From NCBI GenBank assembly GCA_963801165.1, contig CAWDDT010000006.1, positions 128,001 through 192,000 of the forward strand: a stretch of DNA of 64,000 nucleotides, written 5' to 3'. The DNA is from an uncultured bacterium. GTDB taxonomy: Bacteria > Actinomycetota > Acidimicrobiia > Spongiisociales > UBA5794. How positions within the stretch are numbered: position 1 is the first letter of the stretch; every line of letters begins with the position of its first letter. The position numbers and the translations under genes are program-made. This document shows, piece after piece, positions 50,418-63,501 of this stretch. The notes under the pieces were generated by a model. It searched no databases and was not told the origin of the DNA. It saw nothing but the letters and a program-made list of their open reading frames with translations.

Positions 50418-52715
50418 TCAGGCTACGTCGCCGAATCCAAAACGCTTCCGGCCGCGTTCGACTCCCAGGCAAAGACCTCCGAGCCCGAGGAACATCATGC
50501 CGATCATGGCGATGCTACCGAGGTTCATACCCGTCACCGGCATGATCGCGATGATGCCGAAGTCGGCGTCGAGGAAGCTCTCGTCATCGAGGACGGTGAC
50601 CGTGTAGGTCCCGACGGTTGTCAGACCGTAGTTGTCTGGCAGCGTGGACTTGAGCACCTCGACGACGTACGTGCCGGCATCGAGACCCGAGAACAAGTAG
50701 CGTCCGTTGGCGTTGGTGACCTGGGTGAGCACCTCATTGGTCGCCTGGTTGGTCAGCCTGACGGTGACCCCGGCAACCGGATCCTCAGTGGAGTCCTGGA
50801 CCTTGTCCCCGTTGACGTCGTACCAGACGTAGTCGCCAATTGTCGAGGACGCTTGCACGATTGCGATCGAGGTGACGACAGCGTCGTCCCAGTCGTCGCC
50901 CTGCCCGTCACCGGGCACCGAGTCGGAGTCCTGCTCGTTCGCGGCGGTCACCTCGGCGACATTGGTGAAGACGCCGATGTCGTCAACGGTGACAACGAAA
51001 TCCATCGAAACGGAGTCCCCGACGGCGAGATTGCCGATGGTCCATACGCCGGTTGCAGAGTTGTAGGCGCCGCCCCCGTTGTCGGAGACATAGGTGAGAC
51101 CGGCAGGAAGGGTATCGGTCACCTCGACCCCGGTGGCATCATCCGGACCCTGGTTGACAACGCTGATCGTGAACGTCGTCTCGTCACCAACCTGCACCGC
51201 AGCCGGAGCGACATCCTTAGTCAACTCCAGATCAATGATCGCAGGGGGCTCCTCGGTTGCGACAACAACGGCGTCATCCCAGTCGTCGCCCTGCCCGTCA
51301 CCGGGCACCGAGTCAGAGTCCTGCTCGTTCGCCGCGGTCACCTCAGCAACATTGGTGAAGCTGCCAACCTGGTCAACCGTCACCACAAAGCCGAGCTGCA
51401 CCGAAGCACCAACGGCAAGATCACCAATGGTCCACACCCCGGTCGTCGAGTCATAGGCGCCGGCGCCATTATCAGAGACATAGGTGAGACCGGCAGGAAG
51501 CGTATCGGTCACCTCGACCCCGGTGGCATCATCCGGACCCTGGTTGACAACGCTGATCGTGAACGTCGTCTCGTCACCAACCTGCACCGCAGCCGGAGCG
51601 ACATCCTTAGTCAACTCCAGATCAATGATCGCAGGGGGCTCCTCGGTTGCGACAACAACGGCGTCATCCCAGTCGTCGCCCTGCCCGTCACCGGGCACCG
51701 AGTCAGAGTCCTGCTCGTTCGCCGCGGTCACCTCAGCAACATTGGTGAAGCTGCCAACCTGGTCAACCGTCACCACAAAGCCGAGCTGCACCGAAGCACC
51801 AACGGCAAGATCACCAATGGTCCACACCCCGGTCGTCGAGTCATAGGCGCCGGCGCCATTATCAGAGACATAGGTGAGACCGGCAGGAAGCGTATCGGTC
51901 ACCTCGACCCCGGTGGCATCATCCGGACCCTGGTTGACAACGCTGATCGTGAACGTCGTCTCGTCACCAACCTGCACCGCAGCCGGAGCGACATCCTTAG
52001 TCAACTCCAGATCAATGATCGGGGAGTCGGCGGTGATCCCGATGTTGTCGATCAGCCCTGAGCCGTTCAGGTCTACGACCATTCTGGCCACGCCCGAGAT
52101 TCCCGGCTCGACGACAGTGAAAGCGTTGTCCCCATTGTTCGGGATGGACAGCGTGGTCAGGAGTGCGTCTGCACTGTCGTAGAAGGATACGAACGCGACT
52201 TGGCCGGGATCCACATCGGCCGCGCTGAAGCGGTCAACGGTAACGACCCCGGGCCCCCAGGCGGAGAAGTCGAAGGAGAAGAGCGTGTTCGGGTTGCCGG
52301 CGTCGTCGGGATCGGAGGCATCTCCATCTTCGGTGATGATCAATCCTTGACCGAGCGAGGGCGCAAAGAGATCCGCATCCTGACCAGTGCACAATGTTGG
52401 GTCAAACCCAGGGTCGTTGAACGGCCCCGGCTGCCCGCCACACGTGGCATCGAAGATCATTGCCGAGTTCCCGGAGAGGTCCGGGTTGGTCCCGAACACC
52501 GACACGGTACCCAGGTTGGCTCCGCTCATCCCATGTCCGACCGACAGCGTCGACACGGTGTCGCCGGCGCTGAATCCGGCTTGAAAATCAATTACCGATG
52601 ATTGCTCGACTGCATCCGCCTGCGGGATACCTACGGTTCCCAGCAGAGCGGTGAGGAGCAACGTCAGCAGTATGGCCGCGGTTGCGCGGTTGCCACGTTT
52701 CGTCGCGTACGACAT
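50418..52715 (-). CDS. Secreted cell-surface repeat protein (3 DUF11-like domains, SdrD-B-like domain, LPxTG-like anchor)
   Basis: ATG 52715 after GGAG; signal peptide; three IDLELTK...GD..TFTI.V.NQGPD.ATGV.VTD.LP.GL repeats; IGDYVW.D.NGD..QD domain; MPVTG followed by a TM segment and a basic tail. Confidence 0.88.
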   Translation of the reverse strand: MSYATKRGNRATAAILLTLLLTALLGTVGIPQADAVEQSSVIDFQAGFSAGDTVSTLSVGHGMSGANLGTVSVFGTNPDLSGNSAMIFDATCGGQPGPFNDPGFDPTLCTGQDADLFAPSLGQGLIITEDGDASDPDDAGNPNTLFSFDFSAWGPGVVTVDRFSAADVDPGQVAFVSFYDSADALLTTLSIPNNGDNAFTVVEPGISGVARMVVDLNGSGLIDNIGITADSPIIDLELTKDVAPAAVQVGDETTFTISVVNQGPDDATGVEVTDTLPAGLTYVSDNGAGAYDSTTGVWTIGDLAVGASVQLGFVVTVDQVGSFTNVAEVTAANEQDSDSVPGDGQGDDWDDAVVVATEEPPAIIDLELTKDVAPAAVQVGDETTFTISVVNQGPDDATGVEVTDTLPAGLTYVSDNGAGAYDSTTGVWTIGDLAVGASVQLGFVVTVDQVGSFTNVAEVTAANEQDSDSVPGDGQGDDWDDAVVVATEEPPAIIDLELTKDVAPAAVQVGDETTFTISVVNQGPDDATGVEVTDTLPAGLTYVSDNGGGAYNSATGVWTIGNLAVGDSVSMDFVVTVDDIGVFTNVAEVTAANEQDSDSVPGDGQGDDWDDAVVTSIAIVQASSTIGDYVWYDVNGDKVQDSTEDPVAGVTVRLTNQATNEVLTQVTNANGRYLFSGLDAGTYVVEVLKSTLPDNYGLTTVGTYTVTVLDDESFLDADFGIIAIMPVTGMNLGSIAMIGMMFLGLGGLCLGVERGRKRFGFGDVA
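50851..52020 (-). repeat. 390-bp tandem repeat (3 copies) in the surface protein
   Basis: 51241-51630 and 51631-52020 appear identical. 50851-51240 is nearly identical over part of its length and diverged in the rest. Confidence 0.92.
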
Positions 52716-53010
52716 CTCCAGCACGCCTTCCCTTGTTCGCCCAATACGCTGTCTTTCGGGGCCCACCCGTATTGACAGCCATTCCTATCCCCCCCCACTT
52801 AAAGTGGTGGAATCACTGCTTAGCGTATCGGAGATTTCTCCGCCCGATTGCTCTAGCTAGACCAGTGTACAGAATTGCGAGGATGGTTTGACTGATAGTG
52901 GACCAAAGAAGGGGTGGCGACGGCCCAGGACATGATTTGCATTCGTCCCGCAGTTGTGATTGGATACCGCCCGCACAGGTCGCCGACCCATGGCGGGACG
53001 GCGACCGATT

Positions 53011-53039
53011 TTGCCTGGCCGCTCTGGTCAGGCTAAGAT
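53011..53039 (+). promoter_or_regulatory. Putative rrn promoter
   Basis: TTGCCT, a 17-bp spacer, then TAAGAT; about 40 bp upstream of the boxA-like element. Confidence 0.55.
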
Positions 53040-53078
53040 ACGAGGCCCCCCAAGTGCATGTGCGCGCGGGGATCCGGG

Positions 53079-53103
53079 CTCCTTGACAACTAAACAGCGT
53101 GTC
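53079..53103 (+). promoter_or_regulatory. rrn leader boxA-like element / 16S processing stem
   Basis: CTCCTTGACAACTAAACAGCGTGTC. Its 3' part is complementary to GACACGCTGTTTAG at about 55038-55051 in the ITS. Confidence 0.7.
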
Positions 53104-53310
53104 AAAAGCCAGCATGCGCTTGGCTTGCTTCAGTCGCTTCGGCGACGGGAGTAGGGCAAGCGATGCAAATAACAATGTCATGCCACCATGGGGACCCCCG
53201 TCCTCGGCATGACATCCTTTGATGTTTGACTCCACAAGGCTTCTCATCTGGACCGGCTTCGGCCGGGACAGGTAGTCGAGAACCAAATGGAAGTTAGGCA
53301 AATCAAACTT

Positions 53311-54838
<1,528 letters not shown>

Positions 54839-56384
54839 AAGGAGCGCTTGAGAGGTCTTTCACGAAGACCTCGACGCTACTTGATGGATATGCTGGTTAC
54901 TCGGCCTATCTCGTCTGTTCACAGATTGCAGACGGTGCGCATCCCACAAGGATGCAATTGGCGGATTTCGCAAGAAATGCGCCGCGGTGCCCGCAAGGGC
55001 ACGCACGTACTGGTCTGTGGACCAGACGAATGGATCGGACACGCTGTTTAGTCGTGAAGGCGCCCGGTGTTCTGCACCGGGTTTGAGTTTCCCCACGGAA
55101 ACTCATCCCTTTGCGCAAACCCAACCTCAACTCGAGGTAGGGGACGCGCCGGATTTCCGAAAGGAAACCCGAACGTGCCGGCTTAGCCGGCACACACGCT
55201 CTTTGAGAACTGCATAGCGAGCACAAAAGTCAAAGTATTCTATACAATCCAAGCTACAAAGGGTTGACGGTGGATGCCTTGGCGTCAGGAGCCGAAGAAG
55301 GACGTGGCAGGCTGCGAAAAGCCTCGATGAGCTGTCAAGCGAGCATTGAATCGGGGATGTCCGAATTGGGAAACCAGGCTGGGGTCATGCCCAGTCACTC
55401 TGGTCTGAACACATAGGGCCAGCAGAGGCAACCAGGGGAATTGAAACATCTCAGTACCCTGAGGAAAGGAAAGCAACAGCGACTCCCTCAGTAGCGGCGA
55501 GCGAAGCGGGAGCAGCCCAAACCGATATGGCGTGATAGCCCGGCGGCGTTGCCGTATCGGTGTTGTGGGACCTTCTGGCCGGCATGCCGGTGCCGGCAAA
55601 GAGTTACAAATCCTGGAGATAGTCGAAGCTGTCTGGAAAGCAGCGCCATAGGGGGTAACAGCCCCGTAGACGAAATCTCTCAGGACTCTTTGAAGTGTTC
55701 CCAAGTAGCACGGGGCCCGTGAAATCCCGTGTGAATCTGCGAGGACCACCTCGTAAGGCTAAGTACTTCCTGACGACCGATAGCGGACTAGTACCGTGAG
55801 GGAAAGGTGAAAAGCACCCCGGTGAGGGGAGTGAAATAGTACCTGAAACCGTCAACTTACAAGCAGTGGGAGGCTTCCATTTATGGGGGCTGACCGCCTG
55901 CCTTTTGAAGAATGAGCCGACGAGTTATCGATACGTGGCAAGGTTAAGCCGTGAGGTGTAGCCGCAGCGAAAGCGAGTCTGAATAGGGCGTCTAGTCGCG
56001 TGTCATAGACCCGAAGCCGAGTGATCTATCCATGGGCAGGGTGAAGCGAGGGTAAGACCTCGTGGAGGCCCGAACCCACCTAGGTTGAAAACTGGGGGGA
56101 TGACCTGTGGATAGGGGTGAAAGGCCAAGCAAACTCGGCGATAGCTGGTTCTCCCCGAAATAGCTTTAGGGCTAGCGTTGCATGTTCCACATTGGGGGTA
56201 GAGCACTGATTGGGTAAGGGGGCCAACAAGCTTACTGACCCCAGTCAAACTCCGAATCTCAATGTGCCAAGTGCAGCAGTCAGACCTTGGGGGATAAGCC
56301 TCATGGTCGAAAGGGAAACAGCCCAGACCGCCAGCTAAGGTTCCAAAGTCAGTACTAAGTGGGGAACGATGTGGAGTCGCCCAA

Positions 56385-56433
<49 letters not shown>

Positions 56434-57361
56434 CAGCTCACTGGTCGAGTGATTCCGCGCGGATGATGTAACGGAGCTCAAGTACTGCACCGAAGCTGCG
56501 GGATTCTGTCTTAACCCAGGCGTGATGCCTAGCGCATACACGTCCAGGGGGCAGGATCGGTAGGGGAGCGTCGAATGGCCAGCGAAGCGGCGGCGGAAGC
56601 CAGTCGTGGAGGCCATTCGAGTGAGAATGTCGGCATGAGTAGCGAATGAAGAGTGAGAATCTCTTCCGCCGGATGTCCAAGGGTTCCTGGGGAAGGCTCG
56701 TCCGCCCAGGGTTAGTCGGGACCTAAGGCGAGGCCGTAAGGCGTAGTCGATGGATAACGGGTTGATATTCCCGTACCGCTATACGCGCGCCCAGGCCGAA
56801 TCCAACTTGCTAAGGAAAGCCCTTCGGGGCCTACCGACCCAGTTGGTATTAGGCCAGCGATGGAGTGACGCAGGAGGGTAAGTGGACCCGGGCGTTGGTT
56901 GACCCGGGGCAAGTATGTAGGGCGAGGCCCAGGTAAATCCGGTCCTCATGAAGCCTGAGATACGATACCGAGCCGAACGAGGCGAAGCCACCGATCCCAT
57001 GCTGCCAAGAAAAGCTTCTAGCGAGCTCGTATGGCGCCCGTACCCCAAACCAACACAGGTGGACAGGTAGAGAATACTAAGGCGAGCGAGATAACTTTGG
57101 TTAAGGAATTCGGCAAAATAGATCCGTAACTTCGGGAGAAGGATCGCCCCGGTAGGGTGAAGGCCTTTACGGCCGGAGCCCGAGGGGGTTGCAGAAACCA
57201 GGCCCTAACGACTGTTTACTAAAAACACAGGAGCGTGCTAAGTCGCAAGACGCTGTATACGCTCTGACGCCTGCCCGGTGCTGGAAGGTTAAGGGGATCG
57301 GTTAGCTTCGGCGAAGCTGTGAACCTAAGCCCCAGTAAACGGCGGCCGTAACTATAACGGT

Positions 57362-58121
57362 TATTACCTAAATGGCCGTGGGTAAACCTTGCTATATGCT
57401 GGAACATCCGAGTATCCGACGGTACTCATTCGTGTCACATGCTGTTCATAGGCTCGTGACATGGTGAGTGACAATCCGTTCGGTGCGGACAATCAGCAGG
57501 AAACCAATCTCAGTGCACTCGATCCATCGTGGGTCGTCGGGTTCGTAGATGGCGAAGGATGCTTTTCAGTGTCCATCCACCACAACGAACATGCCCGACC
57601 GACCGGCGGCTGGCATGTCCAGCCGACCTTCCAGGTGTCACAACACCGGGATCACAGAGACATCCTCGAAGATCTTGTTCGATTCTTCGGATGCGGCAAA
57701 GTCCGCTCCAAAGGTAACAACAGTCAGGTGGATGTCTTCGTAGTGCACAGCTCGAGGCAACTGGTCGAGCGGGTAATCCCGTTCTTCGAGCTTCACGAGC
57801 TAAGAGTAAAGCGAGATGACTTTGAGTCATTCGCCTTCATCACGAGGGCGATTCGGGCGAAAAGTCATCACCGCCCGGATATCTTCACGGAAGTGGTGCA
57901 GCGTGCCTACTCGATGAATGCGAGAGGCAAGCAACGCAAACGACCGATGGACGAGATCCTGGGATCCTCAGAGACTACACGCGAGGTACCGCTAGATGGA
58001 TAGCGGGAAAGATATAGTCCGATCCCCATGGCGACATGGGGAGCCAGGCAGAAATGATCTGGCCACGTTCCGTGCGCACCACCGTCCGCGCACCGACATC
58101 CGGAACGTAGTAACAAGCATG
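57362..58121 (+). mobile_element. Group I intron at 23S position 1923 (E. coli numbering), 760 nt
   Basis: Splits AACTATAACGGT|CCTAAGG. The 5' exon ends in U, the intron ends in G, and IGS GCCGT at 57375 pairs with the exon. Core elements: ATGCTGGAA (P), AATCAGCAGG (Q), TCAGAGACTACA (R), AAGATATAGTCC (S). Confidence 0.95.
57461..58003 (+). CDS. Single-motif LAGLIDADG homing endonuclease (intron L1923)
   Basis: WVVGFVDGEGCFSV, F.VSQ, L..FFGCG.V and IPFF...L motifs. Confidence 0.93.
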   Translation: MVSDNPFGADNQQETNLSALDPSWVVGFVDGEGCFSVSIHHNEHARPTGGWHVQPTFQVSQHRDHRDILEDLVRFFGCGKVRSKGNNSQVDVFVVHSSRQLVERVIPFFELHELRVKRDDFESFAFITRAIRAKSHHRPDIFTEVVQRAYSMNARGKQRKRPMDEILGSSETTREVPLDG

Positions 58122-58901
<780 letters not shown>

Positions 58902-59207
58902 AAGTTCCGACCTGCACGAATGGCGTAACGATTTGGGCACTGTCTCAACCAAAGACTCGGCGAAATTGCAATGTGAGTAAAGATGCTCACTACCCGCGAC
59001 AGGACGGAAAGACCCCGGGACCTTTACTGCAGGTTGACATTGGGGTTTGTCATGTGATGTGTAGGATAGGTGGGAGGCTTTGAAGCGGCGGCGCTAGCTG
59101 TCGTGGAGCCAACCTTGAAATACCACCCTTCGCATGATAGGCCTCTAACCTCGATCCGTTATCCGGATCAGGGACAGTGTCTGCCGGGCAGTTTCACTGG
59201 GGTGGTG

Positions 59208-59249
<42 letters not shown>

Positions 59250-59478
59250 CTGGTCGGCAATCAGGCGGCGAGTGCAAGCGCACAAGGGAGCTTGACTGCG
59301 ACACCTACGAGTGAAGCAGGTACGAAAGTAGGGGCTAGTGATCCCTCGGCTGCATGTGGATGTGCCGAGGCCAACGGATAAAAGGTACCCCGGGGATAAC
59401 AGGCTCATACCGCCCAAGAGTCCATATCGACGGCGGTGTTTGGCACCTCGATGTCGGCTCGTCTCATCCTGGGGCTGA

Positions 59479-59515
<37 letters not shown>

Positions 59516-59534
59516 AGGCACGCGAGCTGGGTTT

Positions 59535-59566
<32 letters not shown>

Positions 59567-59902
59567 TCGCGGGCGCAGGAGATTTGAGGAGAGTTGTCCC
59601 TAGTACGAGAGGACCGGGATGAACGTACCTCTGGTGTGCCAGTTGTTCTGCCAAGAGCACGGCTGGTTTGCTACGTACGGAACGGATAAGCGCTGAAGGC
59701 ATCTAAGCGCGAAGCCGCCTCCAAGATGAGATCTCCCACCGGATCAAACCGGGTAAGGCCCCTGGTCAGAACACCAGGTTGATAGGCCGGAAGTGGAAGT
59801 GCAGTGATGCATGGAGCTGACCGGTACTAATAGGCCGAGGGCTTGAATTTGAATACCGCGACGATTGTGCTCGCTATGGAGTGCTCAAAGAGCGCTCAAA
59901 AG

Positions 59903-60021
<119 letters not shown>

Positions 60022-60029
60022 ATAAACTA

Positions 60030-60067
60030 GAGTGAGGCCGCCCACATGTGGGCGGCCTCACTCATTT
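60030..60067 (+). terminator. rrn operon terminator (perfect 34-bp palindrome)
   Basis: gagtgaggccgcccacatgtgggcggcctcactc followed by attt. Confidence 0.8.
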
Positions 60068-60081
60068 CCGGGAGATGCGCT

Positions 60082-60951
60082 GTGAGCGGTGCGCGAGATC
60101 GAAAACCGAGAAAGCAAACACCGCGGAGCGGAAGCGCCGCCGGCAAGAAGCCATACCGTGGGGCGTCCAAACGCGCCGAGACAGGCGACAAGAGCCGCAC
60201 CGGGAAGCGGGTAGGCACCGGGCGCTCGGGCCGTAAGTACGATTCGACAGACGGCAAGGCTGCGACACGCACAAACGAACCGGCGGCGAAGAAGAAGCTG
60301 CCGGCTTCCGCCTCGGGGCTGCCCCGTCACGTCGTCGAAGCCCTGCAACGAGTCACGCCACCCGCACGGCAGAATGCGGCGTTGGTCACATTGGCGGCGG
60401 CCGCCGAGGCGTTCACAGAGGGGCAGTACCACCTCGCGGCGCGCAAGGCCACAGAGGCCAAGGAGCTCTCGTCCCGGGACGCGACCATCCGTGAGGTGTT
60501 GGCCCTCGCCTCTTACCGAATTGGTGACTGGCAGACGGCTCTACGCGAGCTGCGCACCTATCGGCGGCTCAGCGGCGAGACCACGCACATGCCGGTAGAG
60601 ATGGACGTTTTGCGGGCTATGGGTCGCGGCGACGACGTTGCCGGGGTCTGGGATGAGTTTCACAAGCACGGTGGAAGCCCGGCGGCAACGAAGGAAGCGC
60701 GTGTCGTGTACGCCTCCTATCTCATCGACCAGGACGACCTCGGTGCCGCAGCCGATGTGATCGGAAAGGCAAGGGTTATTGATGATCCTTGGCCTGAGGA
60801 CATGCGACTCTGGTACGTCGAGGCAAGGCTTGCGGCCCTTCGCGGCAACCACAGACGCGCCCAGGAGCTGGCCGACGCCATCCTGCTCGAGGATCCATCC
60901 TTTCCCGGTCTCGATGAGCTGGATCGGCTCATCAACAGCGCTCGATCCTGA
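60082..60951 (+). CDS. Tetratricopeptide-repeat-like protein with a basic N-terminal extension
   Basis: Helical repeats (RE.LALA.Y..GDW..AL.ELR.YRRLSG) resemble the TPR protein that follows rrn operons in actinobacteria. Confidence 0.75.
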   Translation: MSGARDRKPRKQTPRSGSAAGKKPYRGASKRAETGDKSRTGKRVGTGRSGRKYDSTDGKAATRTNEPAAKKKLPASASGLPRHVVEALQRVTPPARQNAALVTLAAAAEAFTEGQYHLAARKATEAKELSSRDATIREVLALASYRIGDWQTALRELRTYRRLSGETTHMPVEMDVLRAMGRGDDVAGVWDEFHKHGGSPAATKEARVVYASYLIDQDDLGAAADVIGKARVIDDPWPEDMRLWYVEARLAALRGNHRRAQELADAILLEDPSFPGLDELDRLINSARS

Positions 60952-61025
60952 GGCCCACCCCACTTCTTGTCACCGCCGTTCGATACGTTCGACTCATCCC
61001 GGCACTTCCCTGAAAGGAACGTGCA

Positions 61026-61400
61026 ATGAACATGAATCTCGTAGTCGTCGCCGGCAAGCTCGCCGCTCCTCCGGAACTGCGCGAGTTCGAATCGGGCTCC
61101 CGGATGCTGCGCTCGCTCGTTACGGTACGAAGCGACGCACCCCGCCGCCGTGTCGACGTACTCCCGATCACACTGTGGGACCCCGAAGCAGATCACGAGC
61201 TGATCGACGCTCCGGTCGGGAAGGGTGTATGGGTGGTCGGCTCCGTCCAGCGCCGTTTCTGGAGCGCCACCGAGGGACGCCGCAGTCGTTTGGAGATCGT
61301 GGCTCACCACATGGAACTGCGAAACGACGAGACCGTAGCGACGGCAGGTGACAGCGAGCCTCTCGTTGCTGCGGCCGGTGGTGAACGCCGCGTCGAGTAG
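61026..61400 (+). CDS. Single-stranded DNA-binding protein family (short paralogue)
   Basis: MNLVVVAG.L...PELRE..SG, V.GSVQRRFW and R..LEIVA OB-fold pattern. Confidence 0.8.
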   Translation: MNMNLVVVAGKLAAPPELREFESGSRMLRSLVTVRSDAPRRRVDVLPITLWDPEADHELIDAPVGKGVWVVGSVQRRFWSATEGRRSRLEIVAHHMELRNDETVATAGDSEPLVAAAGGERRVE

Positions 61401-61410
61401 GGTGCCTCGA

Positions 61411-62940
61411 ATGCGAAGAGTGTCTGTTGCCTCAGCGTCGCGCGTCGCCACAGATGCCGGTGCGGCCGTGGCCGACATCGGTGGTAACGCCGTCGATGCG
61501 GCCATCGGTGCTGCGATCTGCTCGATGGTCACCGAGCCCGGAATCATCGCCCCGGGGGCCGGTGGCTTCATCACCATCTGGCCCGACGGCTCCGACCCGG
61601 TCGTCATCGACTGCTACGCCGAGATGCCGGGGCGCGGGCTCCCACTCGACCGATTTGGCAGAGGCGGGCGGGAGGTGGAGCTCACCTACGGCGGTAGGAC
61701 CACGACCATTGTCGGCTACGGGTCGGTCGCCACGCCGGGTGCGTTCAAAGGGCTCCGGCTTGCCTGGGAACGCTACGGCGAGGCGCCGTGGCCGGAGCTG
61801 CTGGCACCGGCCATCAGCGCGGTGGATGCGGGCTTCCCTTTGTCTGCTCCTGCGGCCGAGTACCTGGGGCATTCCCACGAGCTCGTCTTCGGTTGGGACC
61901 CGCCGAGCTACGAGGTGGTGCACCATGACAACGGGCGACACCTCTCGGTGGGCGACACCGTGCATATACCGCATCTCGCGGACACTCTTCACACTCTGGC
62001 CACCGACGGGATCGAACCGCTGTATGGCGGTGCGTTGGCCGAGCAGATCGTGGCCGCCTCGGACGCACACGAAGGCATACTGACTGTGCGCGATCTCGCC
62101 GAATACGAGGCGGTTGTGCGCACGCCGATAATCGTCGAAGTCGACGACTGGACCATCGCCACCAACGCGGCGCCGGCGATCGGCGGTGCGACCATGGCCG
62201 CCATCCTCCTGCTCATGGGCGTAAACGGTTTCTCGGCGTGGGACGCCGAGAACGTAGCACGGTTGGTCGTGGTTCAGGATGCGGTACGCGAGTTTCGCCG
62301 CGCCCGTCTTGACGAGATCCACGACCGTGGATCCGAGGTGGCCCGACTCCTGGAGCTGGCCCGAATGGGCGACCTGAAGCAGATGCTCGAGTCCGGTTCG
62401 ACCTGTCATACCTCGACCGTCGACTCCGATGGCCTGGGCTGCGCCATCACGGTTTCCGCGGGCTACGGGTCGGGGGCGATGGTGCCCGGCACGGGTATGT
62501 GGCTCAACAACTCACTTGGTGAGGTCGAGCTACACAGCGGCGGATTCCATGCGCTCGCGCCCGGCACCCGTCTTGTCTCGAATATGGCTCCCACCGTCGC
62601 CCGATCCCGTCACGGTTCCATTCTCGCCATCGGCTCACCAGGCGCCTCCCGGATAACCACAGCGACGAGCAGCGTCCTGGTCAATTTCATCCATCTCGGC
62701 ATGTCGCTCACCGACTCGATCCTCCACCCCCGGCTCCATGTCGAGATGTTCAACGACTCGCCAACGGTCGCCCACGAGCCGGGGATCGACGTCTCCGAGG
62801 TGACGGGGTTCGAACTCCGCCGTTTCCCCGACATATCGATGTACTTTGGTGGAGTGCAGGCTGCGCTATGGGACCCGATCGCCGGGTTCTTCGAGATGGC
62901 TGATCCCCGCAGAGCCGGTGCCGTAGCCCAGGGAGGCTGA
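61411..62940 (+). CDS. ggt: Gamma-glutamyltransferase family protein
   Basis: GGNAVDAAI, G.GGF, S.ATPG, catalytic T (STCHTS.VD), G..LNN and GSPG motifs. Confidence 0.9.
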   Translation: MRRVSVASASRVATDAGAAVADIGGNAVDAAIGAAICSMVTEPGIIAPGAGGFITIWPDGSDPVVIDCYAEMPGRGLPLDRFGRGGREVELTYGGRTTTIVGYGSVATPGAFKGLRLAWERYGEAPWPELLAPAISAVDAGFPLSAPAAEYLGHSHELVFGWDPPSYEVVHHDNGRHLSVGDTVHIPHLADTLHTLATDGIEPLYGGALAEQIVAASDAHEGILTVRDLAEYEAVVRTPIIVEVDDWTIATNAAPAIGGATMAAILLLMGVNGFSAWDAENVARLVVVQDAVREFRRARLDEIHDRGSEVARLLELARMGDLKQMLESGSTCHTSTVDSDGLGCAITVSAGYGSGAMVPGTGMWLNNSLGEVELHSGGFHALAPGTRLVSNMAPTVARSRHGSILAIGSPGASRITTATSSVLVNFIHLGMSLTDSILHPRLHVEMFNDSPTVAHEPGIDVSEVTGFELRRFPDISMYFGGVQAALWDPIAGFFEMADPRRAGAVAQGG

Positions 62941-62946
62941 GCGACA

Positions 62947-63501
62947 ATGAACATCGACCCCGCCGATCTCATCAGAGTGGTCGCGGATCCGCTCCGGATG
63001 AGCATCCTGGGGCGGGCAGCCGAGGGGCGCGTCTCTCTCACTGAGCTTGCCGAGAGCTTCGACGTTCCCAAGAAGAAGGTCGTCCAGGCTCTCGGGAGCC
63101 TACGAGCAGCCGGTCTCATCGACGAGCAGTTGCGCCTCGTTGTTGAGGTTCTGCGTTCGGTTGCCGCCGAGCTTCCGACTCCACCCGAGGCCGCCGAGGC
63201 GATCACCCGAGGGCCGTGGAACGAGGCGGAACGCGATGTCCTGCGCCGTTTCTTCAGCGGCACGCGTCTCGTTGAGGTACCCACCAATAGATCAAAGCGG
63301 CATCTCATCCTGGAACGGCTGGCTCAAGAGTTCGAGCCCGGGCTCCGCTACGAAGAGAGCGCAGTCAGCTTCCGTCTCCAGCTGTTCCACCCCGACTACG
63401 CGGCGCTGCGTCGCTACCTCGTCGACGAGGGCTTCCTGACTAGGGCTGATGGCGTCTACTGGCGGACCGGGGGTAGGTACCCCGCCGGCGAGAGCCAATG
63501 A
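62947..63501 (+). CDS. DUF2087-like domain protein with an N-terminal HTH
   Basis: C-terminal FF...RL...P...K...L..L...FEPG..Y.E...HPDYAALRRYLVDEGFL.R pattern. Confidence 0.8.
   Translation: MNIDPADLIRVVADPLRMSILGRAAEGRVSLTELAESFDVPKKKVVQALGSLRAAGLIDEQLRLVVEVLRSVAAELPTPPEAAEAITRGPWNEAERDVLRRFFSGTRLVEVPTNRSKRHLILERLAQEFEPGLRYEESAVSFRLQLFHPDYAALRRYLVDEGFLTRADGVYWRTGGRYPAGESQ

Noticed and set aside
50853-52061. 402-aa plus-strand repeat ORF
   Set aside because: It is the antisense shadow of the surface-protein repeats.
54839-55246. Possible tRNA genes in the 16S-23S spacer
   Set aside because: No cloverleaf or T-loop motif was found; only hairpins, boxA and processing stems. A tRNA-less spacer is normal for actinobacteria.
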